Under the pieces are notes generated by a model. That model was not told the DNA's origin. It worked only from the letters and a program-made list of their open reading frames with translations, and did no database searches. The translations under genes were made by a program, and so were the position numbers. Shown in pieces: positions 19,107-28,263 of a stretch of DNA of 53,387 bases (its first letter is position 1; each line of letters begins with the position of its first letter). The stretch is from NCBI GenBank assembly GCA_947466005.1, contig CANIBV010000003.1, positions 1 through 53,387 on the forward strand, read 5' to 3'. The DNA comes from Spartobacteria bacterium (GTDB lineage: Bacteria > Verrucomicrobiota > Verrucomicrobiia > Chthoniobacterales > UBA6821).

Positions 19107-19173
19107 ATCGAAAGATTGTTCTGGGGGGAACAACAGGCCGTCGTACCTTATGGTGCGGCGGCCTGTATCTTTT
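19107..19173 (+). ncRNA. Candidate small RNA or attenuating leader
   Basis: Promoter upstream. Hairpins ATC-GAAA-GAT and TTGTTC-N6-GAACAA, then a 15-bp stem ACAGGCCGTCGTACC/GGTGCGGCGGCCTGT followed by ATCTTTT. Confidence 0.45.
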
Positions 19174-19273
19174 CAGGGTAAACACGGCCCGCTGATTTCA
19201 GGAGCGACAGCCAATTTAACGGGTCTTTCACGCGGAGTGCAGGCATACTCTGGCTCCACTGAATCAAGTTCCC

Positions 19274-22200
19274 ATGCCCTCCCGATCCGAAACTTCCGAA
19301 GAGCAAGAACACCCGCCGGCTTTATCCCGCACACGAACGGCTTGGACCGCCTTGGCACTCCTTGCAATCGTGATTGCAGGTGGGCTCTTTTTTAAACCGC
19401 TGGCTTGCAGCCTCCTGAAGTCCGGACTCACGGTGGCAAGTTGGTTGCACGGAGAGCAGCTGCGCATCGAGAAGCTTTCCCTTGGCGAGGATGGCGCGTT
19501 CCAGGCGCAGGAGGTGGAATGGCGCTACGGACCCAAAGAGCACCGGAGTTCGTGGAAAAGCGACTGGCTGGTTATTCGCCCAACGCCGCTTTGGAAACTG
19601 ATCCGACCCGGCAAGCATCAGCAGCGCGTGGTGATCCGCGAGATGTTGGCAGGAAAAACAAAACTTCTGCTGGACCGTCGTGGCTCAACCCCCGCGAGCC
19701 CGGGGAAAAATCCGGAGGGGATCTCGACAACGCCGCTCCCCCAACAGCTCCTCAGCTTCCTGCCGGCCTCCTGCACGGCAGGACCCATGGAAATGGTCGT
19801 GATCGGAGAGAGTTACCGGGCGGCGATCAACGGTTTATATGTGCGGCTTCCAGAGCGGTGGCCGGGGAAGATTACCTTCACGGAGGCAACGATCGACGTC
19901 GGGTCCTGGCAACATACGATACCGCGCGGTGGCATCGCCGCCCTGCTGGAGGGAAGCACCCTCTATCTCGGGGCGCTCGATCTTGGGAATGAGCTCGGCC
20001 TGAAGGAGCTCACTCTTACTCCAAGCAGGGAGGGTGTGGAATTCGGTGTGCGCGGAACGGTTGGCAAAGGTCTTTTGCGCGGGGCCGGGGTGATCGGCGC
20101 CGGAGGAAATGCCCCCAACCTCGAAGTAACGCTGGTTGGAGAAAGGCTGTCGCTTGGCGCCCTCGCGCCGCTCATGAGCGGCGCGCAGCGGGCTTCCGGC
20201 ACCATCAGTCAGGCAAGGCTTACCTTCCGGGGCGACACGGCGCGCCCCTTGGAGGCCGCAAGCTCGCTGCGAATCATCGCGCAAGATTTCCAATGGGAAG
20301 GCCGCGGATGGGAATCCCTCCGCCTCGCTGCCACGCTTACCGGCCGCAATCTGACGGTGACAGAACTCTATCTGCAGCAACACGACAACGAGTTGACGGC
20401 AAAAGGGCAAAGCAGGCTTCCGGGGGACTGGCGCGCCGCGTTAAGAGCGCCCTTCACCGCGAGCTTCAGTGCGCAACTTCAGGATGCCGGGGCCTTGGGC
20501 GCCCTTGGTGGACCGGAGTTTTCGCAACTAGGAGGAGGGCTCTCGTTGGATGGCGAGATCAGCGGGCGTGACAACAAGGCCGAGGGTTACTGCAACGTGA
20601 CGGGCAACGGACTACGGTTCCGTGAGCTCCCGGTGGATTGGATGCAGGGATGCCTTCTCTTTGAGGGAGAGACCACGCTGCTCAGCAACCTGGATGCCTG
20701 GAGCGGAACCGATCACCTATCCGTTAGCGGGACTGTCGCAAACCGTCGGCCACACGCCTACAAGGCCACGGCTGAAGTGGCCGTCCAGAACCTCACAAAG
20801 AGGCTTTCGCAGATCGGGGTGGTAACAGCGGAGTCGATGGGTGCAGGAGCCGTGAAGGGAACCTGGCAGGGGGAAGGGTCTGCTGAGTCGCACGCCGGAG
20901 CATTCCAAGTCGCGGTCAGTGAGTGGGTAAGCCCCCGGACCAAGGGAGGCATGTCGGGAAAATGTGAGGGCACCTACACCAAGGGGAGGCTCGATCTGAC
21001 GAAGGCGGAGTTGGTGCAAGACGATCTGAAGCTTGGGTTCAAACTTTCCGCTACGGAGAAAAAAATCGTGGCCGCGGAGATCGTCGCGGTGCGCGGGGAA
21101 AAAACAAAGCCCCTGGTCGAGGGGTCCTTTGCGCTACCGCTCAACGCTGCTGATTTCTGGCAGAGCGGATCCCTTTTCCGAACCTTGGGCATGTCGGAGC
21201 CCCTTGAAGCGAATCTGGCCCTGCATGGAATCAAGGCCGAGGAACTGACCAACCTGCTGGGTCAGCCCCATCAATTTGCCGGCACCCTTGACGGGACGTT
21301 GACCGCCGCCGGCACTTCGGAAAAGCCCGTGATTCACGGCGCCCTCCAAATCAGTAAGTTTAAAATGCTAGGTACCGCCACGACGCAAGAGCTGGCCCTC
21401 ACTTTCGACTCCGACAAGGGGCGCGCCACGGTGGAGTTGGTGGAACAACCAAAAGAAGCCGCACCCTTGCATCTCCGGGCGGAGATACCGTTCCAGTTCA
21501 CCAGCGACAAAGGAAGGCTCCTAACGGCGGATGGCGCTGGACCGATCATCGGGGAGGCCACCTTTCATCAAGCTCAGTTGGATGGATGGCTGAGCCTCAT
21601 GGGCATCAACGGCTGGCCGCTGCACCAAGAAACGATGGATGGCACGGTCACCCTGTCCGGCACCATCGACAAGCCTGTCCTGAAGGGAGCCATCACGCTG
21701 AAGGCGGGTGAGGCGGAACTCTTCGGAACACAAAAACTCCAGCAGCTAGTGGCACCCATCAGCCTGAATGGAAACACAGGGCGGCTGACAAATGGCACGG
21801 CCGCCTACGGCGGAAAGCCGCTGAGCGTCACCGGAACCGTTGATTGGAGTAGCGCGGAGGCAACACTCCAGATTCAGTTGGCCGGAGAAAACCTCCCACT
21901 AGAGATTGGAAACGGGGGTGGTAACAACGCCGGCACACGACTCGATTCCCTAGGGAATGCGGCTCTCACGCTCTCGGCCAAAGGCACCAACCATCCAACC
22001 CTCGGTGGGACGATCACCTTGAGCAAACTCTCCGGATACGTACGCCCGAAACTCACGCCCAGCTTTGCCCCTCCCGGTATCAGCCTCCATTCCATCCGGG
22101 CTGCCGGATCAGAGAACAACGCCGGCACTCCCAACTTGCAGCTCGATCTGGTGGTAAAAACGGCGGGTCCGCTGAACATATTTTCCTCACCCGTCAAATC

Positions 22201-22735
22201 GGCGGCGACAAATGCCCCCTCCGCAGCTCTTCCGCAGCTCTTCATGGATCTCCGACTGCAGGGGGCGGCTGAATCGCCACGCCTGGCTGGCACAGTCACA
22301 GCTACCAACTGGTCGGCACAACTCCCCTCCGGTCTCTTTATCATTCCAGAAGCAACTGTACGGCTGGAGGAGGGACGGGGACCCGGCATGCTCACGGCTA
22401 CGGCGTACGGCATCACGCGGCGCGGCCTGTGTGCACTTGCCATCACCGGATCACTTGCAGAGGCGGAGGTGATCTTCACGGGGCCGGTCAATGCGACGGC
22501 ACCGGACCTGCTCCTTGCCTTGGCAACGCCGGCCGGATCAGGAGTGGCACCCGCGCAGGGGATCGCCTGGAACCGTCAGGCGCAGCTCTTTCCTCTCCCC
22601 TCCGCGGGCTGGATGAGTTCACGCCTTGGCAATCAGGACCAAGGCTCGCTTGGTTTTTACGGTGCTCCCTGGGTCTGGCCATTGAACCTAGGTTCAGGAA
22701 ACGCGACCAAAGCGCCACAACAGGAAACAAACTAA
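19274..22735 (+). CDS. AsmA/TamB-like large periplasmic beta-strand protein
   Basis: N-terminal TM helix; 1153 aa of alternating Gly/hydrophobic strands with repeated GT..KP...G.I motifs. Confidence 0.7.
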   Translation: MPSRSETSEEQEHPPALSRTRTAWTALALLAIVIAGGLFFKPLACSLLKSGLTVASWLHGEQLRIEKLSLGEDGAFQAQEVEWRYGPKEHRSSWKSDWLVIRPTPLWKLIRPGKHQQRVVIREMLAGKTKLLLDRRGSTPASPGKNPEGISTTPLPQQLLSFLPASCTAGPMEMVVIGESYRAAINGLYVRLPERWPGKITFTEATIDVGSWQHTIPRGGIAALLEGSTLYLGALDLGNELGLKELTLTPSREGVEFGVRGTVGKGLLRGAGVIGAGGNAPNLEVTLVGERLSLGALAPLMSGAQRASGTISQARLTFRGDTARPLEAASSLRIIAQDFQWEGRGWESLRLAATLTGRNLTVTELYLQQHDNELTAKGQSRLPGDWRAALRAPFTASFSAQLQDAGALGALGGPEFSQLGGGLSLDGEISGRDNKAEGYCNVTGNGLRFRELPVDWMQGCLLFEGETTLLSNLDAWSGTDHLSVSGTVANRRPHAYKATAEVAVQNLTKRLSQIGVVTAESMGAGAVKGTWQGEGSAESHAGAFQVAVSEWVSPRTKGGMSGKCEGTYTKGRLDLTKAELVQDDLKLGFKLSATEKKIVAAEIVAVRGEKTKPLVEGSFALPLNAADFWQSGSLFRTLGMSEPLEANLALHGIKAEELTNLLGQPHQFAGTLDGTLTAAGTSEKPVIHGALQISKFKMLGTATTQELALTFDSDKGRATVELVEQPKEAAPLHLRAEIPFQFTSDKGRLLTADGAGPIIGEATFHQAQLDGWLSLMGINGWPLHQETMDGTVTLSGTIDKPVLKGAITLKAGEAELFGTQKLQQLVAPISLNGNTGRLTNGTAAYGGKPLSVTGTVDWSSAEATLQIQLAGENLPLEIGNGGGNNAGTRLDSLGNAALTLSAKGTNHPTLGGTITLSKLSGYVRPKLTPSFAPPGISLHSIRAAGSENNAGTPNLQLDLVVKTAGPLNIFSSPVKSAATNAPSAALPQLFMDLRLQGAAESPRLAGTVTATNWSAQLPSGLFIIPEATVRLEEGRGPGMLTATAYGITRRGLCALAITGSLAEAEVIFTGPVNATAPDLLLALATPAGSGVAPAQGIAWNRQAQLFPLPSAGWMSSRLGNQDQGSLGFYGAPWVWPLNLGSGNATKAPQQETN

Positions 22736-23616
22736 TGGAAAGCATGACTGGACATGGTCGGGGAAACTCCGCCACCAACGGGTGGCGGTTCACGGTGGAG
22801 TGCGGCTCCGTCAACCGCAAGGGAATCGAGGTAGCCATTGCGTTGCCCAAGACGCTCTCCTCCCTTGAACCCAAAGTCAGGGAAGAGGTTCAGCAGAAGG
22901 TTACCCGCGGTCGCGTCAACCTCACCATCACGCTGGAAAGCCCCGCCGCCTCCGCAGGGACGCAGAGTGTGGTGGATCGCCCGGCCGCCCGAAGAGTCCT
23001 TGAGGATTTGCAGGAACTGCGTGCCGAGCTGGCCCTTCCCGGGGAGATCTCACTCGAGCTGTTGCTCCGCTCCCCGGGAGTGCTGAAAAACCCAGCCGAG
23101 GAAATTCCCGTCGCCGAGGAGCTTTGGCCGGCTTTGCAGGCCGCCCTTGTGCAGGCGCTGGATCGCATGAGTGCGATGCGGCGGAAGGAGGGCGGACATC
23201 TGGTTGCCGACCTGCTGAAGCGCGTGAAGCTGCTGGAGACTGCAGTCAAATCCGTGAGGGCGCGCGTGCCATCCGTGCTTCGCCAGCGCCGCGATCACCT
23301 CAAGACTCGCCTGGAAGAGTTAGGTGTGCCATTGCCAGCCAATGATCCCGCCCTTGCCCGGGAGCTCGCCTTCATGGCAGAGCGGAGCGATATCACCGAA
23401 GAGCTCACCCGTCTTGAGAGCCATTTCGTACAGTTCCGGGAGGCCCTTGCGGGCACGGAGCCCGCGGGCCGCACGCTTGACTATCTCGCGCAGGAAATGT
23501 TTCGCGAGATCAACACACTCGGCAACAAGGCGGCGGATGCAGCCATCTCACGACGGGTCGTGCAATCCAAAGCGGAGCTTGATAGGATCCGCGAACAAGT
23601 CGCAAACCTTGAGTAA
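22735..23616 (+). CDS. yicC: YicC/YloC-family endoribonuclease
   Basis: MESMTGHGR, SVNRK, DITEELTRL.SH, GRTLDYLAQEMFREINTLGNK, IREQVANLE; ATG overlaps the upstream TAA. Confidence 0.93.
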   Translation: MESMTGHGRGNSATNGWRFTVECGSVNRKGIEVAIALPKTLSSLEPKVREEVQQKVTRGRVNLTITLESPAASAGTQSVVDRPAARRVLEDLQELRAELALPGEISLELLLRSPGVLKNPAEEIPVAEELWPALQAALVQALDRMSAMRRKEGGHLVADLLKRVKLLETAVKSVRARVPSVLRQRRDHLKTRLEELGVPLPANDPALARELAFMAERSDITEELTRLESHFVQFREALAGTEPAGRTLDYLAQEMFREINTLGNKAADAAISRRVVQSKAELDRIREQVANLE

Positions 23617-24253
23617 TCCATCCCTAGAATTCCGCCGTACAGGCATCCTCTTCGTGATTTCCGCCCCCTCGGGCGCGGGAAAGACAACGCTCTGCACCGC
23701 GCTCAGGCAGAAACCCGATTTCGTCTGGTCGGTCTCCTGCACCACGCGTGCGCCGCGCACCGGCGAGATCGACGGCGAGGATTACCATTTTCTCTCCCAG
23801 GACGATTTTAACCATCACTTGGAAGGAGAGGAATTTCTCGAGCACGCAGAAGTGCACGGCAACCGCTACGGGACGCTCAAGGAACCCGTCTTGGAGAACC
23901 TGCGTAACGGCATCGATGTCCTGCTGGATATTGACACCCACGGCGCGTCCAATATCCGCGCCTGTGGCGACCCGATGATCCTGCAGGCATTAGCCGATGT
24001 ATTCATCGTGCCGCCCGATCTCGAGGAGCTCCGCCGCCGGCTCATGCGTCGCGGGACCGAGACACAGGAACAGGTGGAGATCCGCTTGAAGAATGCAGAG
24101 CTCGAGATGGAGTGCTGGAGGGACTACCGCTACACGATCATCAGCGGCTCCATGGAGGAGAACATCGAGAAGTTCCGGGCCGTCATGCGCGCCGAGCGAT
24201 ACCTCAGTCACCGGATGACCGCCGTGGAGTCCTCAGCGAAAGCAACCGGGTAA
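23609..24253 (+). CDS. gmk: Guanylate kinase
   Basis: SAPSGAGKT, SCTTRAPRTGEIDGEDYHF, HGNRYGT; probable TTG start at 23609 overlapping yicC. Confidence 0.95.
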   Translation: MSNPSLEFRRTGILFVISAPSGAGKTTLCTALRQKPDFVWSVSCTTRAPRTGEIDGEDYHFLSQDDFNHHLEGEEFLEHAEVHGNRYGTLKEPVLENLRNGIDVLLDIDTHGASNIRACGDPMILQALADVFIVPPDLEELRRRLMRRGTETQEQVEIRLKNAELEMECWRDYRYTIISGSMEENIEKFRAVMRAERYLSHRMTAVESSAKATG

Positions 24254-24274
24254 TCGAGAAATCCGGAGAAAGCC

Positions 24275-24847
24275 ATGAGCGACGCAACACCCATAGCACC
24301 CACAGGACGCACCATCGTGCTGGGCGTCACCGGATCGATCGCAGCGTACAAATCCGCAGAGATCGCGAGTCAGCTTCGCAAGCTGGGGCATGAGGTCTTT
24401 GTGGTGATGACGCGCCGCGCCACGGAATTCATCACGCCGCTCACGCTCGGCACGCTCTCCCGCAACCCCGTGCTCTGCGATCTCTCCGAGGAATCGCAGG
24501 GCGCGTGGAAGCCCGGTCATATCGAATTGGCGGATCGCGCGGACCTTCTACTCATCGCGCCCGCGAGCGCCAACACGATCGCGCGACTCGCGTGCGGTCT
24601 TGCGGATGATGCGCTCGGCGCGGTCGCACTCGCAACTAGAGCGACGCTGCTCATTGCCCCCGCGATGAACGGAAAAATGTGGGAGCATTCCGCGACGCGT
24701 GAAAACGCAGAGCGGCTCCGTGCTCGCGGAGCCGCATTCGTCGGGCCCGCAGAGGGGATGCTTGCGTGTGGTTACGAGGGGACAGGGCGACTCGCGGAGG
24801 TCGACGAGATCATCGCGCGCGCGCAGCAGTTACTCGCGGCTCGGTGA
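24275..24847 (+). CDS. coaC: Phosphopantothenoylcysteine decarboxylase (stand-alone CoaC flavoprotein domain)
   Basis: GVTGSIAAYK, HIELA, APASANTIA, APAMN, GMLACG..G.GRL; ends before any CoaB domain. Confidence 0.88.
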   Translation: MSDATPIAPTGRTIVLGVTGSIAAYKSAEIASQLRKLGHEVFVVMTRRATEFITPLTLGTLSRNPVLCDLSEESQGAWKPGHIELADRADLLLIAPASANTIARLACGLADDALGAVALATRATLLIAPAMNGKMWEHSATRENAERLRARGAAFVGPAEGMLACGYEGTGRLAEVDEIIARAQQLLAAR

Positions 24848-24885
24848 GCGCGCGAAAAAAGAAGAAGAAAAATTTATAAAATCCG

Positions 24886-24948
24886 TTGACGCAGCGCGAT
24901 CAACAACTTATTCACATTCACCAGTGAGTTATTCACATTGTTTTCACA
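24886..24948 (+). promoter_or_regulatory. Promoter overlapped by DnaA boxes
   Basis: TTGACG at 24886-91; TTATTCACA at 24908-16 and 24929-37; degenerate GTTTTCACA at 24940-48. Confidence 0.6.
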
Positions 24949-24984
24949 CTCGCCGCCCATGCGGTAAAAAGGAGGTGGATTGAA

Positions 24985-25185
24985 ATGCCCATTAAGAAAA
25001 AAGCTGCAAAGAAAGCTCCCGCCAAGAAAGTCGTCAAGAAGGCTCCTGCCAAGAAAGTCGTCAAGAAGGCTGTAGCAAAGAAGGCCCCCGCCAAGAAAGT
25101 GGTGAAGAAGGCCGCTGCGAAGAAAGTCGTCAAGAAGGCTCCTGCAAAGAAAGCCGTCAAGAAGGCCGTCGCAAAGAAGAAATAA
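24985..25185 (+). CDS. Histone H1-like Lys/Ala-rich nucleoid protein
   Basis: 66 aa with 30 Lys in KKAPAKKVV repeats; strong SD AAGGAGGT at 24969-76; own terminator. Confidence 0.85.
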   Translation: MPIKKKAAKKAPAKKVVKKAPAKKVVKKAVAKKAPAKKVVKKAAAKKVVKKAPAKKAVKKAVAKKK

Positions 25186-25229
25186 GTATCCCTCCCGCCG
25201 GAACACACGTTCGGCGACGAGCTAATAAC

Positions 25230-25267
25230 TTGGGGGAAGCGCCACAAACGCTTCCCCCAATTTTTTT
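25230..25267 (+). terminator. Rho-independent terminator
   Basis: TTGGGGGAAGCG-CCACAAA-CGCTTCCCCCAA followed by T7. Confidence 0.9.
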
Positions 25268-25315
25268 GTACTGGAGCACTCAAGCGGGGGCGGAGAAACG
25301 GTCCGAAGAAAAACA

Positions 25316-25405
25316 TGGAACTCAAGAACTCAGGAAATGAAGGGAGGGGGCGGTTGTTACTCAGGGTAGGGATTCCTTCAGGCTTCAAGTTTCAGGTTTC
25401 ATCCC
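25316..25405. repeat. Hybrid repeat element: family A 9-mer arm plus family B 7-mer arm
   Basis: TGGAACTCAAGAACTCAGGAA (25316-36) and CTTCAGGCTTCAAGTTTCAGGTTTCATCC (~25377-405). Confidence 0.7.
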
Positions 25406-25432
25406 TCCTCTTACTCCGCTACTGAATTGCTG

Positions 25433-26188
25433 ATGGAAGATTTACTACTCACCACCGCCCGTGATGCGGCGCTTGCCGCGGGGGGGATGATCCGGGGTCA
25501 TTTTGAGAGCGAGTTGAATGTCGATGCCGCTGAAGCGCACGACATCAAGCTCGAGCTCGACCGCCGGTCCCAAGCGCTGATCGAAGCGCTGATGCTCGGC
25601 GTCTTTCCCGACCATGCCATCTATGGTGAGGAGGGGATCCGCGGCGATCAAGGAGCGGCCGACCAGTGGATCATCGACCCGATCGACGGCACCGTGAATT
25701 TTTTCTACGGCATTCCGCATTTTGCGGTCTCCATCGCGCATCGTCACAACGGGTCCCTCACGACAGGAGTGATCTACCAGCCAATGACCGATGAACTCTG
25801 GGTCGCATCACGCGCCACCGGTCGCGTCACACTGAATGGACGCCCGATCCGTGTAAGCAGCCGCACCAAGCTCTCCGACGCGATCGTCGCCGTGGGCGTC
25901 TCGAAGACCGAGGCCTCCATCGAGAAGGGCCTCCCGGTTCTCGGGAAGATGATGCGCACCGCACGCAAGACCCGTATGATGGGAAGCGCTGCACTCGACA
26001 TTGCCTATGTAGCAAGCGGCCGCCTCGATGCCTACATCGAGAGTCAGATCAGTCTCTGGGACATTGCGGCAGGAATGCTCATGGTGGAACTCGCGGGCGG
26101 CAAAGTTGACCTGAAGCCCCACGATACGGCCGCCGATAAATATTCCGTCGTCGCCTCCAGCGGAGCCATCCCCTTCACCCACCTTTAA
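25433..26188 (+). CDS. suhB: Inositol monophosphatase family protein
   Basis: GEE, WIIDPIDGTVNF, GSAALDIAYVASGRLD, WDIAAG. Confidence 0.9.
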   Translation: MEDLLLTTARDAALAAGGMIRGHFESELNVDAAEAHDIKLELDRRSQALIEALMLGVFPDHAIYGEEGIRGDQGAADQWIIDPIDGTVNFFYGIPHFAVSIAHRHNGSLTTGVIYQPMTDELWVASRATGRVTLNGRPIRVSSRTKLSDAIVAVGVSKTEASIEKGLPVLGKMMRTARKTRMMGSAALDIAYVASGRLDAYIESQISLWDIAAGMLMVELAGGKVDLKPHDTAADKYSVVASSGAIPFTHL

Positions 26189-26199
26189 GAAGATTCCTG

Positions 26200-26694
26200 A
26201 TGATGATCATGCGCAGTGGCATCGGGTACGACGTGCATCGCCTTGAGCCGAACAGGCCGCTGGTTCTCGGCGGGGTCCAACTCGAACATCCCCAAGGGCT
26301 TGGGCTTGCCGGCCACTCCGATGCAGATGTGCTGTGTCACGCCATCGCTGACGCGATCCTGGGTGCTGCAGGCCTCCAGGATATCGGCCACTATTTTCCG
26401 AACACCGATCCCTCCCTTCGCGGCATCTCCAGCCTCGAGATTCTGCGCCGAGTGGCGGGTATACTTTCTGAAGCTGGGGCGCGGATCATCAACGTCGACT
26501 CCACGGTTGTCGCCGAGGAACCGCGCATCGGACCTTTCGTCCAGGAGATGAGGGAGCACATTGCATCCTCCTTGGGCCTCGACTCGTCACGCATCGGGGT
26601 CAAGGCCACGACCAACGAGTGCCTCGGATTCCTCGGGCGCGGGGAAGGGATAGCGGCACTCGCCACGGCCATGGTGGAGACACCCGCCGAGTAG
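26200..26694 (+). CDS. ispF: 2-C-methyl-D-erythritol 2,4-cyclodiphosphate synthase
   Basis: GIGYDVH, GHSDADVLCHAIADA, DIGHYFP, KATTNE.LGFLGRGEGI. Confidence 0.96.
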   Translation: MMIMRSGIGYDVHRLEPNRPLVLGGVQLEHPQGLGLAGHSDADVLCHAIADAILGAAGLQDIGHYFPNTDPSLRGISSLEILRRVAGILSEAGARIINVDSTVVAEEPRIGPFVQEMREHIASSLGLDSSRIGVKATTNECLGFLGRGEGIAALATAMVETPAE

Positions 26695-26715
26695 AGGATG
26701 AAGAGGATAGAGAGG

Positions 26716-28128
26716 ATGCCGATCCCCCGTTGCTATAACACGCTCACGAGATCGCTCGAGGCCATCCAACCTCGGGTCGGCGAGGGCCAGAAACTCTCCC
26801 TCTACACCTGTGGCCCGACAGTTTACGCGCACGCCCATATTGGAAACTTCCGCGCCTACGTCTTCGAGGATCTCCTCCAGCGTCATCTTCAGGAAAGGGG
26901 CTTTATTGTCCGGCGCGTGATGAACCTCACCGATGTGGACGACAAAACCATCCGAGGCGCCCATGCGGCCGGAATAGCCCTGTCCGACTACACCCGCCCC
27001 TTCAAGGAGGCCTTTTTCCAGGATTCCAAGGAGCTGCGCCTCCTTCCTGCGGAAGCCTATCCCGCAGCAACCGATCCCGAGCAGATCGTCCGGATGATTT
27101 CGATGATCGGCACGCTGATGGATCGGGGCCACGCCTATCAGGCCGAGGATGGGTCCGTGTACTTCCGCATCGCCTCCTTTCCCGAGTATGGAAAGCTCGC
27201 CCATGTGGATCTTGAAGGTCAGCGGCCGGGCCAGCGGGTTGCCAGCGACGAGTACGACAAGGAAGCCGTCGCCGACTTTGCCCTCTGGAAGGCATGGGTC
27301 GCTGAAGATGGAGCCGTTGGTTGGGAGAGCCCGTGGGGAAAGGGTCGTCCCGGCTGGCACATCGAGTGCAGCGCCATGGCGACAGGGATGCTCGGCGAGG
27401 CCATCGACATCCATTGCGGCGGCGTGGACAACATTTTTCCCCACCACGAGGCCGAGATTGCCCAGTGCGAGTGTGCCCGCCACGGGCAGGAGCCGTTCGT
27501 CCGCTACTGGATGCACTGCGCCCACCTCATGGTCGAGGGCTCGAAGATGGCGAAGTCGGCAGGGAACTTCTTCACGCTACGCGATCTGCTTGAGAAGGGA
27601 TGGACCGGCCGCGAGGTGCGTTACGCCCTCCTAGCGGTCCACTACCGGGGCGCGCTGAATTTTACCATGGAGGGACTCGCTGCTGCACGCACAGCCCTGG
27701 CGCGACTCGATGCCTGGCGCGAGCGCCTGGCAGAAACCGCTGGTTCGGAAACCGCCACCGTGGCGCCTGATGCTGCGACGGAGGGATTCTTCACGGCTCT
27801 TGATGACGACTTGAATATCTCAAGCGCCCTCGCCGTCCTCTTCGAGACCCTCCGCGAGAGCAATCGCAGAATGGATGAAAAAAAACTGACTCCACCGCAG
27901 GCTCGAGGCCTTCTTCAGTGGCTCGCGCGGGTGGACGGAGTTCTGGCTCTCGAGCCCGATGCCAGCGCAGCGGTGATTTCAGCCGAGGTGGAGGAGCTGG
28001 TGGACGCACGCGCCGCCGCCCGCGAGGCCAAGGAGTGGAAGAAGAGCGATGCGATCCGCGATCAGATCGCCGCGCTAGGCTGGACCGTAAAAGATACAAA
28101 GGACGGACAGAAAATATTGAGGAGCTGA
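26716..28128 (+). CDS. cysS: Cysteine--tRNA ligase
   Basis: CGPTVY, HIGN, DFALWK, GRPGWHIECS, FPHHEAE, KMAKS. Confidence 0.97.
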   Translation: MPIPRCYNTLTRSLEAIQPRVGEGQKLSLYTCGPTVYAHAHIGNFRAYVFEDLLQRHLQERGFIVRRVMNLTDVDDKTIRGAHAAGIALSDYTRPFKEAFFQDSKELRLLPAEAYPAATDPEQIVRMISMIGTLMDRGHAYQAEDGSVYFRIASFPEYGKLAHVDLEGQRPGQRVASDEYDKEAVADFALWKAWVAEDGAVGWESPWGKGRPGWHIECSAMATGMLGEAIDIHCGGVDNIFPHHEAEIAQCECARHGQEPFVRYWMHCAHLMVEGSKMAKSAGNFFTLRDLLEKGWTGREVRYALLAVHYRGALNFTMEGLAAARTALARLDAWRERLAETAGSETATVAPDAATEGFFTALDDDLNISSALAVLFETLRESNRRMDEKKLTPPQARGLLQWLARVDGVLALEPDASAAVISAEVEELVDARAAAREAKEWKKSDAIRDQIAALGWTVKDTKDGQKILRS

Positions 28129-28139
28129 AGAGATTAATA

Positions 28140-28231
28140 TGGAACTCATGAACTCAGGAAAAAGAAGAAGCAAAAACCTCTTCCTGGTGAATTTCTTCGC
28201 ATATTGCCCCTTCTTGAGTTCCTGAGTTCCA
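28140..28231. repeat. Inverted pair of family A 9-mer arms
   Basis: TGGAACTCATGAACTCAGGAA (28140-60) and TTCTTGAGTTCCTGAGTTCCA (28211-31); 50-bp spacer. Confidence 0.85.
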
Positions 28232-28263
28232 TATTTGTTTCTTTCCATTAATCTTCTCTGCAG

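Noticed and set aside
19006-19395. 129-aa ORF across the intergenic region
   Set aside because: Runs through A-tracts, a promoter and a terminator-like hairpin, and overlaps the TamB-like gene; composition is not protein-like
24874-25388. Phe/Leu-rich minus-strand ORFs
   Set aside because: Antisense reading of the Lys-rich histone-like repeats; SD and terminator support the + strand gene
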